A stretch of DNA of 61,300 nucleotides from IMG/VR virus record IMGVR_UViG_3300020183_000017; one strand, 5' to 3'. Source of the stretch: an uncultured virus (IMG/VR IMGVR_UViG_3300020183_000017). Taxonomy: Duplodnaviria; Heunggongvirae; Uroviricota; Caudoviricetes. Of this stretch, positions 49,163 to 57,139 are shown piece after piece. Numbering within the stretch: the first letter of the stretch is position 1; every line of letters begins with the position of its first letter. Position numbers and translations under genes: made by a program. The notes beneath the pieces were generated by a model. The model saw only the letters and a list, made by a program, of their open reading frames with translations, had not been told where the DNA came from and searched no databases.

Positions 49163-49866
49163 TGTGCGCTGTTATCGGTTGTGTTCTTAATAAACCAACG
49201 AAACAAGATTTCGCTATCATCAAGCGTGTGTTCATTGAATCTAAAATTCGAGGAATGCACGCTACAGGAATGTCTTTTCTACCTCGTTGGAAAGATGGTT
49301 TAGAAACCATTATTGCGCCAAGACCAGCGCATGAATTTGTTTTCCTACATATGCACGATGATAACTTACCGAGTATTGTAAACTCTGACGGCAATCTTTA
49401 TATGATTGGTCATTGCCGATATAGCACAAGCGACTTAGAATTCAATCAACCAATTTCTAATGTAAATAAATCTATCGCCCACAATGGAGTTATTACTCAA
49501 GAGTTGCCCGAGAACTGGAAAGAACTGTATGGTTATGACTGCATAACTAAGAATGATTCTGAACTTGTCCTGCATTCTAATGACCCATTGTCTGAGTTTC
49601 CAAATATGTCAATGGCTGTTTGTTCTTTAACTACGGATAGGGAACTTACTGCATATAGAAATGGAAAGCGTCCAATTTACTTGGCTAAACTTGAGAATGG
49701 GTTTATAATTACTTCAACAGCTGACATTGCTATTAGATCGGGGTTAAGCAATCCTGAAGAGATACCGATGAATAGTTATTATACAATCGATAGAAATATG
49801 AAACTACATATTACTAAGGTTGCCGTTGAGGGTGAAGATCTACAAAGGATTAATGATGTTTTCTAA
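49162..49866 (+). CDS. Class-II (Ntn) glutamine amidotransferase-like protein
   Basis: N-terminal nucleophile 'MCAVIG', 'RGMHATG', 'GHCRYSTS', 'NQP', 'HNGVI', 'NDSE'. Confidence 0.9.
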   Translation: MCAVIGCVLNKPTKQDFAIIKRVFIESKIRGMHATGMSFLPRWKDGLETIIAPRPAHEFVFLHMHDDNLPSIVNSDGNLYMIGHCRYSTSDLEFNQPISNVNKSIAHNGVITQELPENWKELYGYDCITKNDSELVLHSNDPLSEFPNMSMAVCSLTTDRELTAYRNGKRPIYLAKLENGFIITSTADIAIRSGLSNPEEIPMNSYYTIDRNMKLHITKVAVEGEDLQRINDVF

Positions 49867-50728
49867 AGACAAATACACTTATGGTATGGAAATTGAATGG
49901 GGTGACATACCAAGAAACATGACAGTCCCAGATAATCTTGGCGCATGGGAATATAGTGAACGTGATATCATTAACACAAGAGATCCCCATAAGAATGTTT
50001 GCGCTGATCCGCTTGGTGTTGAACCTCCATTTGGAGGTGAGATTAACACAAGACCAACTAGAACTTGGATTGAACAAGTAGATCGTTACTTTGAATTATA
50101 TGACTACTTCGATAAAGCTGGTCATCCTCCAACTATATGCACAACTAATCATACACACATACACTGTCACGTTCCAGGACTGAAAGAAGATGTAAATGCG
50201 CTAAAGCGTTTCATCAAATACGTAAAGGAAAACCAGCACACTGCCATTGAACATGCATATGGTTTCTATGAAACTGGAGATATGAAGCAAGTCAAAGGCG
50301 CAAAGATGTATCTAAAGTTTGATGGTGGTCGTCCAATGCCAGATTATATGTGCGATAACATCATCAACCTAGCAACAGACTTTGATCACTTTATTAAACT
50401 GCATGCTGCTGGAAAAGATGGCGTTTCTATGGGTCGTCCTTTTAGATACGCAATCAATACGTATTCAATGAAACATATCGGAACTATTGAGTTTCGTTTA
50501 TTCAGAGGTACATTAGATAGAGAAGAACTATCTTCTTGTTTTAGATTTGTTGAAGACTTTATTGATGCTGCTCTCAATGATGGTCCAAGCGTATATGATA
50601 TGATTGCTGAGGGTCGTTATAAATTTCCACCAATGATTTGGAGTCTTGAACAATTCAAAGGTTGGGAGAAAACAAAACATCCAGAAGATCGTGGAGAAAA
50701 GAAACGTGAGTTCATTGAAGTTGTCTAA
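49853..50728 (+). CDS. Putative amidoligase (COOH-NH2 ligase, glutamine synthetase/GCS-like fold)
   Basis: 'YTYGMEIEW', 'GGEINT', 'HTHIHCHV', 'RYAIN', 'TIEFRLFRGT'. Confidence 0.82.
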   Translation: MMFSKDKYTYGMEIEWGDIPRNMTVPDNLGAWEYSERDIINTRDPHKNVCADPLGVEPPFGGEINTRPTRTWIEQVDRYFELYDYFDKAGHPPTICTTNHTHIHCHVPGLKEDVNALKRFIKYVKENQHTAIEHAYGFYETGDMKQVKGAKMYLKFDGGRPMPDYMCDNIINLATDFDHFIKLHAAGKDGVSMGRPFRYAINTYSMKHIGTIEFRLFRGTLDREELSSCFRFVEDFIDAALNDGPSVYDMIAEGRYKFPPMIWSLEQFKGWEKTKHPEDRGEKKREFIEVV

Positions 50729-51263
50729 GTGTTCTCGTGCTGATTTTGTAGCAGCAATATCAACTGACAAAGAAGACTCATTTGCTAAGACTTTTGTCGC
50801 AAAAGCAGATATGCAAAAACAGTGGGGTGATTGTATTGGTGCGTGGGATAATGATCAACTATGTGGTGCTATTATAACAACTGTTGGTAAACGTCCACCA
50901 TATACTGCTAATCTTCAACTACTTCATACATTTGCTGCTCATAGAGGCAAGGGTGTTGCTAAACTTCTATGTCTTGATTCACTTCGCATTGCTAAGAAAA
51001 AGGGAGCAAAGTATTTTAGAGTTTCATCCGAGAAAGATGCTGTTGCTTTCTATGAGAAGATCGGCTTCAAGTTTTGGGGCAAGCAAAAATCTGGTTGTCA
51101 GTTATCTATCTTTAGAATAGATGGTTCAGACTTTGCAACTGGAGATTACGATTATACCGATCAGATTATAAACAATGCAATTCATAAGAAAGGTAAGGGT
51201 GGGTGTGTGGAGATATTTGATATTGCAAACCTTCCCAAACCTGTTACTCTAGAAGGGTTTTGA
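50706..51263 (+). CDS. GNAT-family acetyltransferase
   Basis: Acetyl-CoA motif A 'HRGKGVAKLL' and motif B 'AVAFYEKIGF'; GTG start chosen from the upstream GGAG. Confidence 0.88.
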   Translation: MSSLKLSKCSRADFVAAISTDKEDSFAKTFVAKADMQKQWGDCIGAWDNDQLCGAIITTVGKRPPYTANLQLLHTFAAHRGKGVAKLLCLDSLRIAKKKGAKYFRVSSEKDAVAFYEKIGFKFWGKQKSGCQLSIFRIDGSDFATGDYDYTDQIINNAIHKKGKGGCVEIFDIANLPKPVTLEGF

Positions 51264-51278
51264 GGAGTCAAAAATACC

Positions 51279-51307
51279 TTGCCTTTCATTCAAGAGTATG
51301 GTATAAT
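51279..51307 (+). promoter_or_regulatory. Sigma70-type promoter inside the modification cluster
   Basis: A-tract + TTGCCT-N17-TATAAT. Confidence 0.8.
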
Positions 51308-51338
51308 ATACTTACTATAAACTCTTGAATAATACATT

Positions 51339-51941
51339 ATGAAACCGCATTATAAACTTGTCTGTGACTATGTGTTCTCTGATAAAAACATAAGCGAATA
51401 CAGCGACTGTGAGCAAATGACTATCAACCTTGCCATAGAAGTTTTGACTACTCATGGTATGGGTGGTAAGTTTATGGAAACTCTTATACGAGAAAAGTAT
51501 AGACTTGGTAATGATGGTAAGATTCATGGTTGGGACGGCATGACTAAACAGAATCGTCCAGTTGAAATTAAAACTGAAACTGTTAATGATTCAAAGAAGT
51601 TATTTTGTGAAGCATCCTTTGCTCCTAATACTGAAAAAGCTCCAAGCAAGAAACAACAATTCCTCAAAGAAAAACCAATCTTGATTAGCAGTGGATTATG
51701 TAATGATACAGGTAAGTGTATATACGTTATGTTCACAGACACGGATAAGTTAAATCCTAATGCTAAGATTTTTGATATGCTTGATCGAAATTCTCCAAGG
51801 ATTAACTTCAGTCACTGGTGCGCAAATACTGATGCTTTCGATGTTAAATATAAAAACTTAAAACTCGTAGATAAACATTTTTACTCTATGCGTGAAGAAC
51901 TTAGAAAAGAACTTAAGAATGTCGCTAGATTACCGTTCTAA
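51339..51941 (+). CDS. Hypothetical protein, possible PD-(D/E)xK endonuclease
   Basis: 'FMETLIRE...HGWDGMTKQNRPVEIKTET' fits E...D-x(n)-ExK; has its own promoter. Confidence 0.55.
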   Translation: MKPHYKLVCDYVFSDKNISEYSDCEQMTINLAIEVLTTHGMGGKFMETLIREKYRLGNDGKIHGWDGMTKQNRPVEIKTETVNDSKKLFCEASFAPNTEKAPSKKQQFLKEKPILISSGLCNDTGKCIYVMFTDTDKLNPNAKIFDMLDRNSPRINFSHWCANTDAFDVKYKNLKLVDKHFYSMREELRKELKNVARLPF

Positions 51942-52944
51942 AGAAAATAGACGTGAGGCATTTATTCGATGGTATGCGTGGTCATTAAAACACAATGACT
52001 GCGATCCAGCCATTTGGCTCACAAACTATTTGAACTCAAGATATGAACATAATGATGAAGAGAGAATTTGGCTTTGTTGGTTATATGGTAACACGTATCA
52101 AATGCCAACTGCTTGGGTTCTGAAGAATGAGTTTCCAGATTTTGAATTAGCAACATACGATAGAATGAAATTATGGAACTCTGCTAATTATCCTAAATTA
52201 AGATATCAGACTGATACGAAATGGAACAAGGGTCATCTCCCAGAAATGTTTGCTTCGTATAGAAAGTTTATTGGAGATAAAACACAACGAGAGGCATTGG
52301 AGAATTACTATGGAGATAATGAGGAAGCAAACTTTGAGGCTTTGTGGAGCAGCATTAAAAGTGGGCTTCATAAGTTTGGTCGTTACTCCACTTGGTTTTA
52401 TCTTCAGCATCTTAAGCATACTGCTGGCATTCGGATTAATCCTACTAGCCTCATGCTTAATGATTATGATGGCTCTCGCTCTCATCGTAATGGACTTCTT
52501 TATGCCATTGGGCAAGATGACGATCTGGACAGAAAACTGTCTGCAGGAGATTATGCGAGACTTGAATCACAAGCAAGGGAGATTGTGGAGGAAACGAAAG
52601 ATAGGTTCGCCGAGATAGCGCACCTTGTTGATTTCTTCACAATGGAAACTTGCTTATGCTCATTTAAGAAAATCTTTAGAGAGCATCATGGAAGATATCT
52701 TGGTTATTATCTTGATAGGCAATCTGAAGAGATTCAAGTGGCTGAGGGTGATGGGTGGTATGGTATTGACTGGGATGTTCTATGGCAAGCAAGAAATGAA
52801 ACACTCGATCCAAAACTTACGGGAAGAAATAAAATTAACAAAGAGAACTTTTCTTTGTTTGTTGATTCAGGTAGAATCATGAGACTAGAATGGATGTTTG
52901 ACGATATTAAAACTAAGCCAATTGGCTTGGAGGCATTTTTATGA
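51919..52944 (+). CDS. Amino acid:DNA transferase (aGPT-Pplase2-like, HhH-glycosylase-derived fold)
   Basis: 'DCDP', 'WLCWLYGNTY', 'YQTDTKW', HhH-like 'HKFGRYSTWFYLQHL', 'METCLCSFKK', 'RYLGYYLDR'; adjacent to a P-loop kinase. Confidence 0.8.
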   Translation: MSLDYRSKENRREAFIRWYAWSLKHNDCDPAIWLTNYLNSRYEHNDEERIWLCWLYGNTYQMPTAWVLKNEFPDFELATYDRMKLWNSANYPKLRYQTDTKWNKGHLPEMFASYRKFIGDKTQREALENYYGDNEEANFEALWSSIKSGLHKFGRYSTWFYLQHLKHTAGIRINPTSLMLNDYDGSRSHRNGLLYAIGQDDDLDRKLSAGDYARLESQAREIVEETKDRFAEIAHLVDFFTMETCLCSFKKIFREHHGRYLGYYLDRQSEEIQVAEGDGWYGIDWDVLWQARNETLDPKLTGRNKINKENFSLFVDSGRIMRLEWMFDDIKTKPIGLEAFL

Positions 52945-53483
52945 GAAAGATTGTAGCAGTGGGTGGATCGCCAGGAACTGGTAAGACTACTCTGTTTAGA
53001 AAATTTATGGAGAATAAAGAATGGGAATTTGTTGAGCCCAAGAAACTTCTCCCTGCGCTTTATAATAAAGAACTAGATCTGTACATCCTTGGTAAATATG
53101 AAGAAGGCGAAACTTTTGCAGGAACTGATCGGTTAAGTATGGCTGTTCAACCAACAGCGCAAGAGTTCGTGATGGAATGCACCTCTAATATCTTGTTTGA
53201 GGGTGACCGAATTTTCAATCAGTCTTTCCTAGAATTCTGTTCTGCTCTTCCCAATACCGACTTGAGGGTTCTTTTTCTAAAAGTTCCAAAGGAGATTTTA
53301 GGAGATAGATACAAAGAGAGGGGATCAGACCAGTCTGAAACTTTCTTAAAAGGTAGAGAAACTAAATATAGTAATCTACTGGCAAACTTTGAACTGATGC
53401 CCTATATTACTGAGTTTGTAAATACTAACTTAGAGGAGCAGCAGAAAGTTCTTGCATATCTGGAGGATTCCTTCTCCGTTTGA
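52941..53483 (+). CDS. P-loop kinase, predicted hydroxymethylpyrimidine-DNA kinase
   Basis: 'GGSPGTGKTT', 'LGKYEEGETFAGTDRLSM', 'ILFEGDRI', lid 'RYKERGS'; ATGA-coupled to the transferase. Confidence 0.8.
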   Translation: MRKIVAVGGSPGTGKTTLFRKFMENKEWEFVEPKKLLPALYNKELDLYILGKYEEGETFAGTDRLSMAVQPTAQEFVMECTSNILFEGDRIFNQSFLEFCSALPNTDLRVLFLKVPKEILGDRYKERGSDQSETFLKGRETKYSNLLANFELMPYITEFVNTNLEEQQKVLAYLEDSFSV

Positions 53484-53508
53484 CTTGCAAGGATTTTCTA
53501 GGTATAAT
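53480..53508 (+). promoter_or_regulatory. Sigma70-type promoter, probably leaderless transcript
   Basis: TTGACT-N17-TATAAT with the ATG at 53515. Confidence 0.75.
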
Positions 53509-53514
53509 AGTAGT

Positions 53515-54210
53515 ATGAACTTCCTAGAAACTTGCAACTTTGACTGGATCAGAATGCTCAATTTTTATGAGCGTCCGTTCAGAGCCAAACTCATCCCATC
53601 AAAAGTATGGAAAGATTTAGACAAATATAAAAACGATACTCAAGGGTTGATAAATTATTCAAAGAAGTGGAGAACTTCTGTTAAGTTTATCAAGAACAAA
53701 TCTAAAGCGAAATTTTGGCAGGAGTATATCGCTGTAGGTGGAGAATACTGGGACAAACGCTGTGAGATACAAATTTACACAAACAAGTTTGACACCTTTA
53801 AATTTAGCGATAACTCTTGGGAAAGATTTAAATACAAATACATCCAAGTTCTAATGCATGAACTTATCCATTTTATGCAATATGAGCGTAGAGATGAGGA
53901 ACCAAGCAGAAGATATTATAAGTGGAAGAGAACTCATAGCGCAAAACTAGACGAGATGCGTGAGTATCACAGCTGCTATGATGAGGTTCAAGCCTATGCC
54001 CACTGCATTTATCTAGACTACAAATATAAGAAACCAAATAAAGATATTCACGATCTGTTGTTAGAGTGTCGTGATCGTTCTAACTCTCCTACTCTAACTG
54101 ATATCTTTAAGACTTTCGATTACGATTTTCGTAACAATGAAACTCTAAAGATTCTACTCAAAGAAGTCTACCGCTGGCACGTAAAGTACGAAAAGTTCCT
54201 AGCTGAATAA
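53515..54210 (+). CDS. Hypothetical protein with zincin HExxH motif
   Basis: 'VLMHELIHFMQ' and downstream 'DEVQAYA'. Confidence 0.65.
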   Translation: MNFLETCNFDWIRMLNFYERPFRAKLIPSKVWKDLDKYKNDTQGLINYSKKWRTSVKFIKNKSKAKFWQEYIAVGGEYWDKRCEIQIYTNKFDTFKFSDNSWERFKYKYIQVLMHELIHFMQYERRDEEPSRRYYKWKRTHSAKLDEMREYHSCYDEVQAYAHCIYLDYKYKKPNKDIHDLLLECRDRSNSPTLTDIFKTFDYDFRNNETLKILLKEVYRWHVKYEKFLAE

Positions 54211-54249
54211 TTCCTAAATAGTATAATTGATACTTATTTTGGAGAAATT

Positions 54250-55176
54250 ATGGCTGCTAGATTTGCAAACTTGAAAGCATTAAAAGACTATCTCAATAAG
54301 ATAGGCTACAAAGACATTAAAGATAAAGATGCTCGCTCAATTTTCGTTTTAACGAACGATAGTAGAGCAACCGTATTCAATAATTTAATAAATCAACTTG
54401 GTGGTAAAAAGAATCCCTCAAGAAACTTTGGTGGCTCTATGGGGCACATTGATGTTGACCAATTTAGAGTTGGAGTAAAACCACTATCAGCTCAAGGATC
54501 TAAATCTGCTGGTGTTGAGAATGAGGCAAATCTAGTTCAGGCTATTAACTATGTCATTCAAGAGTACGGAACTTGTGATGTTCTATTCACAGATGGGACG
54601 CATAAGTTTATTTGTAAAGATGCAACTTTAGCAAAGCAAGTTGGTGCAGACACGGCAGGAAGGAAGAAAGCTGATCTATTAGTTATGTCTGGTTCAATAA
54701 AATATCCAATTTCACTAAAGAAAGATAATGCCGAGTACTGGGAATCTGCTGATAATCTTTGGAAAGATAACGCAACAAAGTATCTAACAGAACAGGTTGC
54801 GAAAAATAAAGTATCAGTTCAGGGTATTGGCGGTGGTGTTGTTAAGATTAGTCCAAACATTGGAGTTGAAGCAACTCAACAAGAAGCAACAGATGTTATT
54901 TTTGGTAGCGACATATTAGGACATGGGTGTGTTGTCACTAGAACATTTGATGGGACTGAGTTCCAGTTTAATGGTAAGACAAATTGTTTAACGATTACAG
55001 CTTCAAGCGTAATCACTAAGTTATCTGATGTGCCAGCCGACAAGAAAGTGTGGTTTTTAATTCGAAACGATTCAACGAGAAAATCAATTCCTGGATATGC
55101 AGGAACACGTGCGCTAGCATCATATAAAAGTAGAATCAACTCTAATGTTTTACAGATAAACGCAACAGAAAGATAA
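54250..55176 (+). CDS. PD-(D/E)xK-like nuclease-fold protein
   Basis: 'GVENEANL...RKKADLLV....KYPISLKK' pattern; SD GGAG; late-type box upstream. Confidence 0.6.
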   Translation: MAARFANLKALKDYLNKIGYKDIKDKDARSIFVLTNDSRATVFNNLINQLGGKKNPSRNFGGSMGHIDVDQFRVGVKPLSAQGSKSAGVENEANLVQAINYVIQEYGTCDVLFTDGTHKFICKDATLAKQVGADTAGRKKADLLVMSGSIKYPISLKKDNAEYWESADNLWKDNATKYLTEQVAKNKVSVQGIGGGVVKISPNIGVEATQQEATDVIFGSDILGHGCVVTRTFDGTEFQFNGKTNCLTITASSVITKLSDVPADKKVWFLIRNDSTRKSIPGYAGTRALASYKSRINSNVLQINATER

Positions 55177-55220
55177 TAAATTATTAACCCTACAGCCTGT
55201 AGGGGAATACAAAATATCGC

Positions 55221-55249
55221 TTTACTTTAATGCAAGGTTGGGGTATAAT
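55221..55249 (+). promoter_or_regulatory. Sigma70-type promoter, probably leaderless transcript
   Basis: TTTACT-N17-TATAAT with the ATG at 55256. Confidence 0.72.
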
Positions 55250-55255
55250 AAAAGT

Positions 55256-55870
55256 ATGATAAGGTTTAAAGAATACATAACTGAAGAGACTAGCGGAGGT
55301 AGCCTTTCGATATTCGATATCGATGATACTCTGTTTCATACCACTGCTCAAATCGCCGTAGTTAAAGACGGAACTGTTATTAAAAAGTTAACAAACAACG
55401 AGTTCAATACTTACAAGTTGGGCGCTGGTGAATCGTTCGACTTTTCTGAGTTCCGCGATGCGCATAAGTTTTATACTGAGTCGAACCCTATTGCCAGAAT
55501 GTTAGAAAAGGCAAAGATAATCCTAAAGAACTCAGAGAAAAATCCTCTAAGTAAAGTTGTCATTGTTACTGCTAGAGCAAACTTTGACGACAAAGAAAAG
55601 TTCCTAGCGACTTTTAGAAAACATGGATTCGACATTGACAAAGTTCGTGTTGAACGTGCTGGAAACATTAGTGGTGAGTTTATACCTGCGTTCAAGAAAG
55701 CGATTATTATTCGCAACTATCTAAAAGCAGGTTTATTTACTAAGGTAAGATTGTTTGATGATGCTATGAGCAATCTTAAAGAATTCTTAAAGTTGAAAAC
55801 AGAATTCCCTAGCGTTAAGTTCGAAGCATACTTCGCATATCCTGACGGAAGAATAAAAACAATAAGATGA
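55256..55870 (+). CDS. HAD-superfamily phosphatase
   Basis: Motif I 'IFDIDDTLF', motif II 'IVTAR', motif III K, motif IV 'LFDDAMSNL'. Confidence 0.85.
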   Translation: MIRFKEYITEETSGGSLSIFDIDDTLFHTTAQIAVVKDGTVIKKLTNNEFNTYKLGAGESFDFSEFRDAHKFYTESNPIARMLEKAKIILKNSEKNPLSKVVIVTARANFDDKEKFLATFRKHGFDIDKVRVERAGNISGEFIPAFKKAIIIRNYLKAGLFTKVRLFDDAMSNLKEFLKLKTEFPSVKFEAYFAYPDGRIKTIR

Positions 55871-57096
55871 AAAATCTAAAAGACTATATCAAAGAAGAAA
55901 AGAATGTTCACATGGAACATCTTGAAGACTTGGTCTTCAATGAAGGTGTAGCGGGAACACGCAAAGCAATTAATTTCTTACGCGATCTTCGCGATATGTT
56001 AGCTGGTCATTCTAATTCTAAAATTACAACTACAGTTAAATGGGATGGTGCTCCAGCAATCTTTGCTGGTATTGATCCACGCGATGGAAAGTTCTTCGTA
56101 GCAAAGAAGGGTGTCTTCAATAAAGACCCAAAAGTTTACAAAACACCAGCAGATATTGATGCTGATACTGACGGCGATCTAGCAGCTAAACTAAAAGTTG
56201 CTCTAAGAGAATTTAAGAATTTCGGAATTAAGTCTGGTGTTTATCAAGGCGACTTGATGTTCACCGATGATAAGAAAGTCGAAACTATCGATGGTGAGAA
56301 ATATATATCCTTTCATCCTAATACTATTGTCTATGCTGTTCCTTATAATAGCGATTTGGGTCGTAAAATTCGTAGTGCTAAAATTGGAGTCGTCTGGCAT
56401 ACAACCTACACTGGAAAATCTTTTGATACGATGACCGCATCTTTCGGTCAATCTATCGTATCAAAGTTTAGTCATCCCCCTTCTGTTTGGATGGACGATG
56501 CTAATTACAAAGATTACTCAGGAACTGCTACTTTTACTAAAGCGGAAACTGATCATATAACTTCTCAGCTATCAACTGTCGGTTCTTTGTTCCAGTCTAT
56601 GAATGCGATAACTCTTAACGCAATCTCAAACGATCCTGACCTTTTAATGCAGGTCAAAACCTATAACAATACTAAGATCCGTTCTGGAGAGTTAATCTCA
56701 GATACTAACTCCCATGTTACTGGATTGTTTAATTATATCCACGACAAATTCCAGAAAGAGATCGACTCTAAAAAGACGGAGAAAGGTAAGTCCGCTCAGG
56801 AAGAAAAACGTAAGAAGATTATGGCTTTCTTCGCTAATCATGATAAGAGAGAGATCGTCAAGATATTCGATATCGCTAATATGCTTACTGATATAAAGAA
56901 CCAGATAGTTTCCAAGATGAATCAGGCTGGTCATATTTCCACCTTCATTAAGACTTCCAATGGATTTAAAGTTACTGGAGTAGAAGGTTTCGTAGCAATT
57001 GACCACCTAACAGGTGGTGCAGTTAAGATAGTTAATCGTATGGAGTTCTCTAAAGCGAACTTCTCAGCCGACGTTATAAAGGGTTGGCAAAGATAA
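55867..57096 (+). CDS. Conserved T4-like phage protein with a ligase-type KxDG motif (DUF6267-like)
   Basis: 'HMEHLEDL', 'TVKWDGAPAIFAG', 'QGDLMF', 'EGFVAID', 'VKIVNRMEFS' follow the order of nucleotidyltransferase/ligase motifs I, III, IV and V. Confidence 0.7.
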   Translation: MKNLKDYIKEEKNVHMEHLEDLVFNEGVAGTRKAINFLRDLRDMLAGHSNSKITTTVKWDGAPAIFAGIDPRDGKFFVAKKGVFNKDPKVYKTPADIDADTDGDLAAKLKVALREFKNFGIKSGVYQGDLMFTDDKKVETIDGEKYISFHPNTIVYAVPYNSDLGRKIRSAKIGVVWHTTYTGKSFDTMTASFGQSIVSKFSHPPSVWMDDANYKDYSGTATFTKAETDHITSQLSTVGSLFQSMNAITLNAISNDPDLLMQVKTYNNTKIRSGELISDTNSHVTGLFNYIHDKFQKEIDSKKTEKGKSAQEEKRKKIMAFFANHDKREIVKIFDIANMLTDIKNQIVSKMNQAGHISTFIKTSNGFKVTGVEGFVAIDHLTGGAVKIVNRMEFSKANFSADVIKGWQR

Positions 57097-57102
57097 AAAT
57101 GA

Positions 57103-57110
57103 TATAAATA
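57103..57110 (+). promoter_or_regulatory. T4-type late promoter (cytidylyltransferase-like operon)
   Basis: Exact intergenic TATAAATA. Confidence 0.8.
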
Positions 57111-57139
57111 ACAGTAGTTGCAAGTTTTGTAGATGGGTA

